Assembly: GCA_958295515.1 (NCBI GenBank)
Contig: CATQGW010000001.1
Coordinates: 1,006,658 to 1,070,657, forward strand
Length of the DNA: 64,000 bases
Reading direction: 5' to 3'
Origin: an uncultured Dehalococcoidia bacterium
GTDB taxonomy: Bacteria > Chloroflexota > Dehalococcoidia > Bin125
Below, piece by piece: positions 20,372 through 30,320 of the stretch (the stretch's first letter is position 1; each line of letters opens with the position of its first letter). The translations under genes were made by a program, and so were the position numbers. The notes beneath the pieces are model-generated. The model was given only the letters and a program-made list of their open reading frames with translations. It had not been told where the DNA came from and searched no databases.

Positions 20372-21391
20372 ATGCGCGCTGTGGTGCTGCGAAACATGGA
20401 GCTGGTCGTTGATGACATCGCCCAACCGGAACCTGCGGAGGGCGAGGCGCTGGTGAAGAGCCTGGCCTGCGGCATCTGCGGCTCGGACCTGCACTTCGTC
20501 AAGTTCGGGCAGGAGATGGTGACGGCGTCTCAGTCGGAGGGGCGCTCGCGCTTTGCGCCCGATCTCGAGCGCGACATCGTGATGGGCCACGAGTTCTGCT
20601 GCGAAGTGGTGGCCTACGGACCGAACACGCCGGAGACGGTGCCGGTCGGGGAGCGCTGCGTCTCCGTGCCCAGCCGCGGCGCGTATTCCAACGAGTACCC
20701 GGGCGGCTACAGCGAGTACATGGTGCTCGACGCCTCAATGCTGCTGCCGGTGGCGGATTCGCTGGCGACGCACCACGCGGCGGTGACCGAGCCGATGGCG
20801 GTGGGTCTGCACGCGGTTCGGGCGGGCGCGTTCAGCGACGAGCCGGCGGTGATCTACGGCTGCGGTCCGGTCGGTCTGGCGACGATTGCGGCGCTCAAGA
20901 TCGATGGGGTGGGGCCGATCGTGGCGGCCGATTTTTCGCGGAAGCGCCGGGAGTTGGCGGGGATGATGGGGGCGGACAGCGTGGTGGATCCGCGCGAGTT
21001 GTCGCCGGTGACGGCGCTGGAGCGGCTGGGCTCGTTCTCGGAGACGGTGCTGTTCGACGCGGTCGGGGTGCCGGGGATGCTGTCGCTGCTGTCGCGCGAG
21101 GCGCCTGATCGGGGCGCGCGGATTGTGGTGGTGGGCGTCTGCATGCAGTCGGACACGATTCAGCCGATGGCGGCGATCGAGAAGGAGTTGAGCTACAAGT
21201 TCGTGCTCGGCTACACGCCCGAGGAGTTTGAGGAGAGCCTGCGTGCGCTGGAGAACGGGCTGATCGATGCTTCGCAGTTCGTCAGCGGCGCGGTTGGCCT
21301 CGATGATGTCGGGGCGGCCTTCGAGACGCTCGCCGACCCTGAGGAGCACTGCAAAATCATGGTCACGCCGCACGAGGAGCACTCGCTCTGA
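20372..21391 (+). CDS. Zn-dependent alcohol dehydrogenase (MDR) family
   Basis: CGICGSDLH, MGHEF, EPMAVG, GCGPVG; AAGGAG RBS. Confidence 0.92.
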   Translation: MRAVVLRNMELVVDDIAQPEPAEGEALVKSLACGICGSDLHFVKFGQEMVTASQSEGRSRFAPDLERDIVMGHEFCCEVVAYGPNTPETVPVGERCVSVPSRGAYSNEYPGGYSEYMVLDASMLLPVADSLATHHAAVTEPMAVGLHAVRAGAFSDEPAVIYGCGPVGLATIAALKIDGVGPIVAADFSRKRRELAGMMGADSVVDPRELSPVTALERLGSFSETVLFDAVGVPGMLSLLSREAPDRGARIVVVGVCMQSDTIQPMAAIEKELSYKFVLGYTPEEFEESLRALENGLIDASQFVSGAVGLDDVGAAFETLADPEEHCKIMVTPHEEHSL

Positions 21392-21430
21392 GCGCTTGTT
21401 CGCTGCGTCGAGCTGTTCGCTGCGGCGGCG

Positions 21431-22648
21431 CTAGCTCAGCGCGCCGGCGGCGGCCAGGTCCGTGATCCGGGCGTCGCTGTAGCCGAGGATTTCTTGGAGG
21501 ATTTGCGTGGTGTGCTGGCCGACCTGTGGGGCGGGCGCGGCGGGCGCGCCGGGGGTGTCGGAGAGCTGGTAGCGCGGGGCTTCGACGATGGTCTGGCCGT
21601 GCAGCGGGTGGGGCAGGCGCAGGAAGTGGTTGCGGTGAGCGAGCTGGGGGTCGTTGGCGGCGTCCTCGCTGGAGGCGAGGGCGTGGGCGGGGACGCCGGC
21701 GGCTTGCAGCGCCTGTTCGGCCTCGGCGGCGGAGCGCTGCTCGCTCCAGGCGGCGATGGCGGCGTCGAGCTCGGCTGAGCGGTCGCGGCGCTGGGGCAGG
21801 GTGAGATTGGGGTCGAGGCCGCTGATCAGTTGGGCGAGGCTGCGCCAGTCGGCGTCGTCGCGGGCGGTGATCGCGATCCAGGCTTCGTCGCGATCGGCGG
21901 GCGGCAGCGAGGGGTAGACGCCGTGCGGCGACATTTGCGGATCGTCGTTGCCGCGCCGTTGCAGCGAGGGGCCGCCGTTGACGTAATCGATCAGCGCGGG
22001 CGCGAGGAGGTGCAGCGTGGCCTCGGCCTGCGCCTGGTCGATATGGACGCCCCGGCCGGTGAGGCGGCGGTGTTCGAGGGCGGCCAGCAGTGCGGTGAGG
22101 GCGAAACGCGGGGCGGGATAGTCGGTGTAGGGCCCGTAGGGGCCGGCGGGTGGTCGGTCGGGCCAGCCGGTGAGGTCGAGCGCGCCGGACATGCCGGCGC
22201 CCTGGGTGCCGAAGCCGGAGACGCCGCGCTCGGGGCCGTATTGGCCGAGCAGGGTGCTGCTGAGCATGATCAGGTCGGGCTTGATTTGGCGCAGGGCGTC
22301 GTAGTGCAGGTCCCACTTTTGGAGCACGCCGGCGGTGAAGGATTCGGACATCACGTCCGCCCAGCGGACGAGGTCGCGGAGCACATCGCGCGCTGCGGGA
22401 ACGCGCAGGTCGAGCGCGATGCCCAGCTTGCCGGCGTTGACGTTGCCGTAGAGGCCGGAGTTTTCGACGCCGGGTTCGTCGGCGTGGAAGGGACCGACGA
22501 TGCGGGCGGTGTCGACGCGGGCGCTGGATTCGACGCGGATCACGGTTGCGCCGAAGTCGGCAAGCGCGCGTCCGACGGTGGGACCGGCGACGATCCAGGA
22601 GAGGTCGAGCACCTTGAGGTCGGCGAGGATCGGGCGTTCGTGCGGCAT
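21431..22648 (-). CDS. CoA transferase family III (CaiB/BaiF)
   Basis: LADLKVLDLSWIVAGP..LADFGATVIRVES, NAGK, YTD, APQVGQHT. Confidence 0.92.
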   Translation of the reverse strand: MPHERPILADLKVLDLSWIVAGPTVGRALADFGATVIRVESSARVDTARIVGPFHADEPGVENSGLYGNVNAGKLGIALDLRVPAARDVLRDLVRWADVMSESFTAGVLQKWDLHYDALRQIKPDLIMLSSTLLGQYGPERGVSGFGTQGAGMSGALDLTGWPDRPPAGPYGPYTDYPAPRFALTALLAALEHRRLTGRGVHIDQAQAEATLHLLAPALIDYVNGGPSLQRRGNDDPQMSPHGVYPSLPPADRDEAWIAITARDDADWRSLAQLISGLDPNLTLPQRRDRSAELDAAIAAWSEQRSAAEAEQALQAAGVPAHALASSEDAANDPQLAHRNHFLRLPHPLHGQTIVEAPRYQLSDTPGAPAAPAPQVGQHTTQILQEILGYSDARITDLAAAGALS

Positions 22649-23895
22649 CAGATAATGCCTCTCTCGCGCAGCGCGGTGAGTTCGTCGGCGCTCAGCCCGA
22701 GTTCGCCCCAGACTTCGTCGTTGTGTTGACCGAGCCGCGGGGGTGGGCGGTCGTCCCAGCGCTGGGGCGCGCCGTCGATGCGAATTTGCAGCGGCGCGGC
22801 GGGCAGGCGCAGGCTGCGGCCGTCGTCGAGCGTGAATTCGCGCCAGAAACCGCGCGCGTCGAGCTGGCGGCTCTCGGCCAGGTCGGCGATGTTCAGGACC
22901 GGCACCAGGAGCAAGTCGTAGGCGATTGAGACGTCCAGCATTTCGCGCTTGGTTTTGCCGCGCACGTGCGCCTGCATGACCTCCTGGATGCGCGGCAGCA
23001 GATCGGGGTCGGCTGCGCCGGCCGCGAGACGGTCCGGATAGGTGACGAAGTTCTCCTCGGCCAGCTCGGCTTCGAGGACGCCCTCATCGATTAGCCAGCG
23101 GACGGCGTGGTTGACGAAGTGCCCGACGGCGGGGCCGGGCGCGAGCGCGAGGACGATCCAGCCGTCTTCGACTTCGCGGGTGCCGCGGAAGCCGACGCCG
23201 CGCGCTTTGACGCCGCCGGCGTAGCGCTCCGGCTCGACGGCGCCGAGCGAATGCGCGAGCACCTGTCCGAGCGTGGCCTGGGCGGCGGAGACCTGGGCGG
23301 AGATATCGACGTGCTGCCCGCGTCCGGTCGCGCGGCGCGCGTGCAGCGCCAGCATTGCGCCGCCCGCGGCGTCGCCGGCGGCGTGCGACCAGGACTGCGG
23401 GACGGAGATGCGCACGGGCGGTCGGTCGTCGTCGCCGCTCATCAGCAGCGGCGTGCCGGCCGCCCAGATGACCAGGTCGGTGGCCTGGTAGCGGGCTTTG
23501 GGGCCGGTTTGGCCGAAGGCGGTGATCGAGGTGTAGATCAGCTGCGGGAAGTCGTCTTTGAGCTGCTGGTAGCCGAGGCCGAGCGCGGCCATCGCGCCGG
23601 GGTCGGCGGATTCGAGCAGGATGTCGGCGCTGTCCAGTAGGCGGCGCAGCAGGGTGCGCCCGTCGGAGTGCTCGATGTCGCAGGTGATGCCGCGCTTGTT
23701 GCGGGTGTAGGCGGTCCAGAAGATGGAGCGCTCGGTTTCGGGCGCGTCGCCGCCGAAGAAGGGCGCGACGCGGCGTCCGCGCGAGCCTGCGGGCGGCTCG
23801 ACCTGGATGACGTCTGCGCCGAGGTCGGCCAGCATCTGTCCGGCGAGCACGCCGCGTTGGTCGGTGAGGTCGAGGACGCGCAGATGGTTGAGCAC
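22648..23895 (-). CDS. CoA transferase family III (CaiB/BaiF), second subunit-like
   Basis: LRVLDLT..LADLGADVIQVEPP, RNKR, SITAFGQTGP, GRGQHVDIS, PRLGQHN; 1-nt overlap with the next gene. Confidence 0.92.
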   Translation of the reverse strand: MLNHLRVLDLTDQRGVLAGQMLADLGADVIQVEPPAGSRGRRVAPFFGGDAPETERSIFWTAYTRNKRGITCDIEHSDGRTLLRRLLDSADILLESADPGAMAALGLGYQQLKDDFPQLIYTSITAFGQTGPKARYQATDLVIWAAGTPLLMSGDDDRPPVRISVPQSWSHAAGDAAGGAMLALHARRATGRGQHVDISAQVSAAQATLGQVLAHSLGAVEPERYAGGVKARGVGFRGTREVEDGWIVLALAPGPAVGHFVNHAVRWLIDEGVLEAELAEENFVTYPDRLAAGAADPDLLPRIQEVMQAHVRGKTKREMLDVSIAYDLLLVPVLNIADLAESRQLDARGFWREFTLDDGRSLRLPAAPLQIRIDGAPQRWDDRPPPRLGQHNDEVWGELGLSADELTALRERGII

Positions 23896-23958
23896 GGGGG
23901 CAGGCTAGCGGTGCGGCGCGCTTCGGCGTTAGCGGGTGGGCGGCGTATCGTGGCATCT

Positions 23959-25188
23959 ATGCCACTGGAAGTCGGACACGACGGCAATCGGGTGATGCTG
24001 CGGGGGGCGCTGCGCCGCTTTGATGAGCTGCGGGTGGTCAGCGCGGCGCTGTTCGACGCGATCGGGCGGCGCGGGCAGCGCGCGGTGACGCTCGATTTCT
24101 CGGCGTGCGAGGAGTTCTCGCCGGCGACGATGTTGCCGCTGCTGCCGGTCGCGGCGGGGTACCGCGAGGTCTCGGGCGCGACGTTCGAGCTGGTGGCGCC
24201 GGAAGACGAGGGGTTGAAGCGGCTGCTGATCGACTCGAATTGGGCGCACTTCATCGATCCTGAGCGGTATGCGATCAATGAGGAGGCCGGTGGGCAGGTT
24301 CCGGCGCAGCGGTTTGGGGCGGAGACGGAGGTGGGAGCGATCGTGGCGGGCGTGATGGAGCTGCTGCTGCCGAGGATGGACGTTGAGCGCGAGGCGCTCG
24401 CGGCGCTGGAATGGTCGATGTATGAGTTGATGGACAATGTGCTCTGCCACGCGGAGTCGCCGACGGGCGGGTTTGCGCAGGCGAGCGTTGATGCGCAGTC
24501 GGGGTGGGTGGAATTCGTTGTGGCGGACGGCGGGATCGGCGTCGCGGAGAGTATGCGCATTCGCGATCACGAGCAGGCGCTGGGGCGGGCGATCGCTGAG
24601 GGCGGGACGCGGGACCGAGCGGCGCACGCGGGCGATGGGCTGTTTGGGGCGTTCCGCGCGGCGACGCTGTCGGGCGGTCAGTTTGAGATCAACTCCGGGT
24701 TCGGGCTGCTCTATGGATCGCGCGAGGGTCCTGAGGAGTACCGGACCGGCAAGCGGCGGATTCGCTATAGCGGCACGGCGGTGCGCTGCGAGGTGGGCGT
24801 CGGCGATGCGGGATTGCTGGGGCGCGCGCTGGCGTTCTGCGATCGGGCGTATGAGCCGTTGGACGAGTCTGCTCAGCGAGGGAGCGGGGCGGGGGAGGTC
24901 GCTCCGTTCTCGATTCGGGAGGAGGCGGCGCAGGATGTCGGCTCGAGATCGGGCGGGCGGCGGGTGCGGGAGCTGGTGGAGGAGCGTTTGCGCCGGGATG
25001 GTGAGGCGGTACTGGACTTTGGCGGTGTTGCGGTGATTTCGAGCGGCTTCGCGGATGAGGTGTTGGGGCGGTTGTTTGCGGGGATGGGTCCGCGCGCGTT
25101 TATGAGTCGGGTTCGGGTGCGTAATGCGAATGTTGTGATCGAGGCTCTGATCGACCGCGCGATCCTACAGCGCACGCGCGCCGGGTAG
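23959..25188 (+). CDS. STAS-like / HATPase / DUF4325-like multidomain protein
   Basis: TLDFS N-terminal segment; ELMDNVLCHA, VADGGIG and GDGL HATPase boxes; C-terminal VLDFGGVAVISSGFADEVLG. Confidence 0.75.
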   Translation: MPLEVGHDGNRVMLRGALRRFDELRVVSAALFDAIGRRGQRAVTLDFSACEEFSPATMLPLLPVAAGYREVSGATFELVAPEDEGLKRLLIDSNWAHFIDPERYAINEEAGGQVPAQRFGAETEVGAIVAGVMELLLPRMDVEREALAALEWSMYELMDNVLCHAESPTGGFAQASVDAQSGWVEFVVADGGIGVAESMRIRDHEQALGRAIAEGGTRDRAAHAGDGLFGAFRAATLSGGQFEINSGFGLLYGSREGPEEYRTGKRRIRYSGTAVRCEVGVGDAGLLGRALAFCDRAYEPLDESAQRGSGAGEVAPFSIREEAAQDVGSRSGGRRVRELVEERLRRDGEAVLDFGGVAVISSGFADEVLGRLFAGMGPRAFMSRVRVRNANVVIEALIDRAILQRTRAG

Positions 25189-25237
25189 CGGCGGGATCGT
25201 TTCAGCGCTGAGTTTGTCACGGCTGTTGGTGCTGGTC

Positions 25238-25540
25238 ACGGCGAGATACCCGCGGCAAGCGCGGGTATGACGGTGGTGGGGGCGCGGGTATGACGGTGGG
25301 TTCGACACGGATGTTGGCGCTGGTCAGGGCGAGATACCCGCGGCAAGCGCGGGTATGACGGTGGTTGGGGCACGGGTGTGGCGGTGGGTTCGACACGGAT
25401 GTTGGCGCTGGTCAGGGCGAGATACCCGCGGCAAGCGCGGGTATGACGGTGGTAGGGGTGCGGGCGTGGTGGTGGGTTCGACACGGATGTTGGTGCTGGT
25501 CAGGGCGAGATACCCGCGGCAAGCGCGGGTATGACGGTGG
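25238..25540. repeat. REP tandem array, 4 units with 88-bp period
   Basis: GCGAGATACCCGCGGCAAGCGCGGGTATGACGG at 25241, 25329, 25417 and 25505. Confidence 0.92.
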
Positions 25541-25544
25541 TGGG

Positions 25545-26210
25545 GGCGCGAGTGCGGAGCGGAGCGCTGCTTCGACGTCGGATTCTTCGAGATCGAAGTC
25601 GGAGGCGATGAAGGCGATCGATTCGTCGGCGCGCCAGCGCTTGACGATGGTTTCGAGCAGGAGGGCCGCGGTTGAGGAAGGTGACCGCGCCGCCGGCGAA
25701 GCGCGGATCGATCATCAGCGGCGCGCTGTCGCCGGCTGGGAAGAGGCGCCGCGCCCATGTGCCCGCTGCGGCATTCTGAGCGCAATCGTCGTACTCGATC
25801 GCGCGTGTCGCGAGCTCGGCGAACTTGGGCAGGGGCGGCAGTGATGTCGGCCATTCGTCATCGTGGCCAGGGCTGCTCGCGTTGGAGTCGCCGCAGCCCA
25901 GCGTGTTCAATCTGAGTTCGGCGAAGGGATGCTCAACTCCCCAGCGCTCGCGGGCGAACTCGCGGCTTTGGCGAAGCTGCTCGACGCTGAGTCCGCAGGC
26001 GCGGAGGCGGCGCGCGACGATCAGCTCGACGAGTTCGAGGAACGAGAGGTGGAACGTTGCCTGGTCCGGGCGGCGATCGGCGAATAGCGGCGGCGCGGCG
26101 CGGTGGCCGCGAAACCAGCGGACGACGGTGGCGGTCGTCGTCTCTGCGAGGCGGGCGGCTTCGGCTGTCGTGTACAGCGATGTCGTGCGGGCGTCGTTGG
26201 GCGATCTCAT
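25545..26210 (-). pseudogene. HTH + DUF433 (VapB45-like) antitoxin, frameshifted near 25663
   Basis: LYTTAEAARL, LSFLELVE, HPFA and IDPRFAGG are in one frame. The expected continuation LLETIVKRWRADESIAFIASDFDLEESDVEAALR is in another frame and runs into the REP array. Confidence 0.7.
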
Positions 26211-26243
26211 GGGTACAGCGTATCGGCGAATTTCGCCCGTCGG

Positions 26244-27032
26244 TCAGCTCGATGCGGAGCGTTGGGGGCGGCCGGGGCCGGGGGGGCCGGCGAAGGCTTG
26301 GGCTCGTTGGAGGAATTCTTCGGCGGCGGGGCCTTGCCACTGGAGGGCGGTGTCGCGGTAGTGGATGCGCTGGGTGGCGACGCGGCAGAAGTCGCCGGCG
26401 GCGCCGTGGATGCGGTTGGGTGCGTCTTCGGGGCCGCGCGCCCAGGCTGCGCCGGAGGGGAGGGTGAGTTCGAGGCGCAGCGGTTCGGAGTTGGGCTCGA
26501 GGCCGCGGGTTTGGTAGGCGAAGGCGCGGGTGATGTAGCCGAGGTGGGCGATGTGCTCGAGGCGGTCGCTGTCGACGGGGGCGATCTGCGCGCCGTCGAG
26601 CGCGTCGAGGCCGTGGCTCCAGCATTCCATGAGGCGGGCGGTGGCGAAGGAGCGGGCGCTCATGGGCGGGCCGGCCCAGGGCAGGCGGTGTTTGGCGTCG
26701 AGCGGGCGGAGGGCGGCTTCGAGTCGGCCGCGGGCGGCGCGCCACCAGTCGACGAGCTGGAGGCGGTTCATATGGCGCGCTTGGTCCTGGGCGTGGGAGC
26801 GCAGGCCGTCGGCGGAGCGCCCGCCGCTGTCGGGGTAGCGCGGCGCGCCGGAGGCGACGATGGCGGCGTGGTCGTCGACTTCGGCGAGGTGGGCGATCAC
26901 GTCGCGGACGAGCCAGCCGTCGCAGGGGGTGGGTCGCTGCCAGAGGGCGTCGTCGGTCTGGGCGAGGGCGTCGTCGAGGTAGCGCTGCTCGGCGGTGAGG
27001 TCGTCGAGGAGGGTTTGCCAGGGGTCGGGCAT
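26244..27032 (-). CDS. Maleylpyruvate isomerase/DinB-like metal-binding protein (TIGR03084-like)
   Basis: WQRPTPCDGWLVRDVIAHL, LPWAGPPMSARSFATARLMECWSHGLD, AQAFAGPPG. Confidence 0.88.
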   Translation of the reverse strand: MPDPWQTLLDDLTAEQRYLDDALAQTDDALWQRPTPCDGWLVRDVIAHLAEVDDHAAIVASGAPRYPDSGGRSADGLRSHAQDQARHMNRLQLVDWWRAARGRLEAALRPLDAKHRLPWAGPPMSARSFATARLMECWSHGLDALDGAQIAPVDSDRLEHIAHLGYITRAFAYQTRGLEPNSEPLRLELTLPSGAAWARGPEDAPNRIHGAAGDFCRVATQRIHYRDTALQWQGPAAEEFLQRAQAFAGPPGPGRPQRSASS

Positions 27033-27190
27033 CTCTGCGCGTCTCTTTCCTGCTGTGTTGGCGCGGCTCACGGCATTGGGCGGTCAGGTCGCTTCGCCCG
27101 GCGCAGCTGCCGCTGTTGCTTCGGCCCCGATCGGGCCTTGGCCAGCGACGGGCCGCTGTGTAGGGTACGCGGCCCGCGAAGGAGAGTTTC

Positions 27191-27998
27191 GTGAGTTCAT
27201 CCGTTCGTTTTACCCCCCCCCCCACAGGGACGTGCCGCCGCCAACAGCGCACGGTCTCCGCTGCGGTATCCGGGCGGGAAGTCGCGGGCGGTCAAGCACA
27301 TTCGCCCGCACATCCCCGCGAATGTCGGGCAGCTCTGTGCGCCGTTCCTGGGCGGCGCGAGCGTTGAGCTTGCGTGCGCCGCTGAGGGGATCGTCGTTCA
27401 CGGCTCCGACGCATTCGAGCCGCTGGTCAACTTCTGGCGCTTCGCGCTGACCGATGCCGGTCGCCTCGTTGAGCGAGTGCGGGATCATCACCCGTTGTTG
27501 AAGAGCGGGTTCTACAACCTACAGCGGAGTTACCATAACTTGACTGACCCGCTCGAACGGGCGGCGGTCTTCTTCGCGCTCAATCGATCTTCGTTTTCCG
27601 GGACGACGCTGTCAGGCGGTATGTCGCCGGGGCATCCGAGGTTCACGCCCGCGGCGATCACGCGCCTGGAGCAGTTTGCGAACGACGGTTTGTGCGTCGA
27701 GCACCTCGACTATCGAGAGGCGCTGACTCGCCATCCGAACGAATTTCTGTACCTGGATCCTCCTTACGCGAACGGGCAGCGCTTGTATGGCGACAGAGGC
27801 GACATGCACGGGAGCGTTGATCACCGCGAGCTGGCGGCGATGTTGTACCGACGCAGCGGATGGGTGCTGAGCTACAACGACTGCGCCGAGATACGCGAGC
27901 TGTATCGCGGCTACCGCATCATCGAACCGGGCTGGGCGTACGGCATGTCGGGGGAAGGCCGCCTGCGCTCGCGGGAATTGCTGATCATCGATGCCTAG
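27191..27998 (+). CDS. Dam-like (D12 class) N6-adenine DNA methyltransferase, out of frame at a C11 tract
   Basis: SPLRYPGGKS (from 27255), PFLGGASV and YLDPPY lie in one frame that has a TGA at 27192 and no ATG/GTG/TTG before 27477. The RBS GGAGAG + GTG 27191 would join this frame only with C10 or C13 at 27213..27223. Confidence 0.85.
27213..27223 (+). repeat. Poly-C (11) tract, putative phase-variation switch
   Basis: TTTTA-CCCCCCCCCCC-ACAG in the 5' end of the MTase. Confidence 0.85.
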
Positions 27999-28854
27999 TC
28001 AAGCAGAGAGCGGCAAGGCGTGGGAATATGGACTTGCCCGCCGTCTGGGGCGGATGAACGGAGTGTCCATCCTCTCGAGCAATGCGCCGCTGGCAGCGCT
28101 CAAGGCGTATCATCAGTACGGCGAGCAGGCTCGAGCTGAGATCGAACGCGCTGCGGTTGCTGCCGCGAACTTCCTCGAAGCCCACGACGATCGTTTCGGG
28201 GAACTGGCGAACCTTGAGCTCCAGAGTGATCAGCGCGGTAGAGACGGCGATGTGCGCGACATTCTGGCGGCGACGCAAAGCGGCGACGTGATTGGCATTT
28301 CGGCGAAGCATCGACATCGAGCGCTCAAGCACTCGCGGCTGTCGGACAGCATCGACTTCGGCCTCGAGTGGTACGGCCGGCCTTGCTCGGCAACCTATTG
28401 GGCGCGCGTCAAGCCGGTGTTCGGCAGTCTTCGGCGTGTCAACGTCGGATACTGGCGTGAGTTGCCCGACAAGCATGACGGATATTACCGGCCGGTGTTG
28501 ACAGCGTTCATGGACGAGGTGCGGACCAATGCCGATGCGGCGCGGCTGCTGCGCTACGTCGTCGGGCGCTACGATTTCTACAAGGTGATCAAGTCGAACG
28601 GCGACATCGAGATTCAGTCGTTCAACCTCAGCGGCAGCCTGCAGTGGGGAGCCAAGTTGCCGATGCCGACTCGGATCGTTGAATTTCGACGGGAAACGGA
28701 TCGAGTCGGGACCGCTGAGCTGACGCTTGATCAAGGATGGCAGTTGTCGTTTCGCCTGCACAACGCCAATGCTGCGATCGAGCCGTCGCTCAAGTTCGAT
28801 ATCCAGTTGGTCGGGAGTCCGGAGGAGATGGGCAACTACACCACCGCCTATTGA
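27991..28854 (+). CDS. Type II restriction endonuclease, HaeIII-family-like
   Basis: GKAWEY, DQRGRDGDVRDIL, IGISAKHRH.ALKHSRLS, YDFYKVI, FRLHNA, PSLKFDIQL; overlaps the MTase stop. Confidence 0.8.
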   Translation: MPSQAESGKAWEYGLARRLGRMNGVSILSSNAPLAALKAYHQYGEQARAEIERAAVAAANFLEAHDDRFGELANLELQSDQRGRDGDVRDILAATQSGDVIGISAKHRHRALKHSRLSDSIDFGLEWYGRPCSATYWARVKPVFGSLRRVNVGYWRELPDKHDGYYRPVLTAFMDEVRTNADAARLLRYVVGRYDFYKVIKSNGDIEIQSFNLSGSLQWGAKLPMPTRIVEFRRETDRVGTAELTLDQGWQLSFRLHNANAAIEPSLKFDIQLVGSPEEMGNYTTAY

Positions 28855-29033
28855 TGGTTGTCACCGGTTGGCGCGTACGCCGCGTTGAAGACTGCGGACG
28901 GCTTCGACGATTGCGCCGTGTGCTCGTACTCGCGCATGGCTGCTCCTCCCGCGTTGCGAGGGGAACGTATCGGGCCGGGGCGTGGGCGGCGAGCGTGGGC
29001 GTGGGCCCGCGGTGGGCCCTGTGGACCGGGGTT

Positions 29034-30119
29034 TTAGATGGGGGCGAGTTCGTCCATGAGCCAGGTGAGGCGCTCTTCGCTGAGTTTGGGGGCGGGCTTG
29101 GCGGCTTTTTCGGCGCTGCCGGGGTAGGCGAAGTTGCCCTGGCGGTCGCGGTCGGAGCTGCGCACGTACTGGCCGAGCCCGATCCGCCCGGCGTAGTCGA
29201 GGTGCTCGCGGGCGTACTTGGGCAGGTCGTCCCAGGTGACGGCGTGCGCCATTTCGGCGGCGACCTCGAAGTTGACCGCGTCGATCATCTTGTCCCACTC
29301 GCCGCGCAGCGAGAGTTCGTGCAGCTGCATGCCGAGCGAGTCGAAGCCGTGCGCTTCGAAGATGCGGTGGTAGGTGCGGGTGGAGCCGTAGAAGGAGATC
29401 GGCTGGCGCAGGCCCTCGATGGCTTGCTCGACTTCGGCTTCGGTCTCGCCGAAGGCCATGAAGCCGCCGACGGAGACTTCGATGTCTTCGACGTTGCGGC
29501 CGGCGCGGTCGGCGCCCTTTTTGACGTTGGGCAGGACGGATTCGAGCATCATTTTGTGGGTCATGAAGCCGTGCGGGCGGAGTCCGTCGGCGCAGGCGCC
29601 GGCGACCTGCGCCATCAGCGGGCCGACGTTGGCGAGGGAGATTTTGGGCGGCGCGTACTCGATCGGGCCGGGGTCGAACATGGGGGTCATGAGCGTGTAG
29701 GTGTAGTTGTCGGAGATGTATTCGGGGCGCTGGCCGGTCTGCCAGGAGTGCCAGACGGCGCGCATCATGCCGATGTAGTCCTCCATGCGGCGGGCGGGCG
29801 GCGTCCAGGTGCCGCCGAAGCGGCGGACGTTGTGGCCTTTGACCTGGCTGCCGAGTCCGATGTTGATGCGGCCGCCGGAGAGCTGCTGGAGGTCCCACAT
29901 GGCCTGGGCGAGGATCATCGGCGAGCGGGGGAAGGCGATGGTGACCGAGGAGCAGATTTCGACGCGCTCGGAGTGTTCGGCGGCGAGCGCCAGGGCGAGG
30001 GTGGAGTCGTGCTTGGTTTCGGGGGTGACGACGGCGTCGAAGCCGCGTTGTTCGGCGAGGCGCACCTGTTCGGGGATGCCGCCGAGCCAGCCGCCGCCGA
30101 AGCCGGTTTCGATTTTCAT
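29034..30119 (-). CDS. LLM class F420-dependent oxidoreductase (TIGR03617-like)
   Basis: ETKHD, IAFPRSPM, GRINIGLGSQVKGHNVRRFG, FYGSTRTY. Confidence 0.9.
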   Translation of the reverse strand: MKIETGFGGGWLGGIPEQVRLAEQRGFDAVVTPETKHDSTLALALAAEHSERVEICSSVTIAFPRSPMILAQAMWDLQQLSGGRINIGLGSQVKGHNVRRFGGTWTPPARRMEDYIGMMRAVWHSWQTGQRPEYISDNYTYTLMTPMFDPGPIEYAPPKISLANVGPLMAQVAGACADGLRPHGFMTHKMMLESVLPNVKKGADRAGRNVEDIEVSVGGFMAFGETEAEVEQAIEGLRQPISFYGSTRTYHRIFEAHGFDSLGMQLHELSLRGEWDKMIDAVNFEVAAEMAHAVTWDDLPKYAREHLDYAGRIGLGQYVRSSDRDRQGNFAYPGSAEKAAKPAPKLSEERLTWLMDELAPI

Positions 30120-30320
30120 GGGATCGGGTCCTTTCGCGGTCATCGCGGGTTGAGGGCAGTGTAGCCGCCTTGTTGGTAGCCGCCCTGTTGGCAGCCGCCT
30201 TGTTGCGGAGCGCCCCGGGGATGCGCACTGTTGCCTTCAGGCTGTCTGGCAAGCTGTCTGAATTGGCGGCATTGGGTACCCTGCCCGCAGCGCCGTCACA
30301 GCGGGCGCGGGAGACCTTGC

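Noticed and set aside
25238-25540. REP arrays (also 3597..4560 and 44745..45642) as CRISPR arrays
   Set aside because: The intervening sequences are themselves repeated rather than unique spacers, the periods (88 and 210 bp) are atypical, and there are no cas genes in the window.
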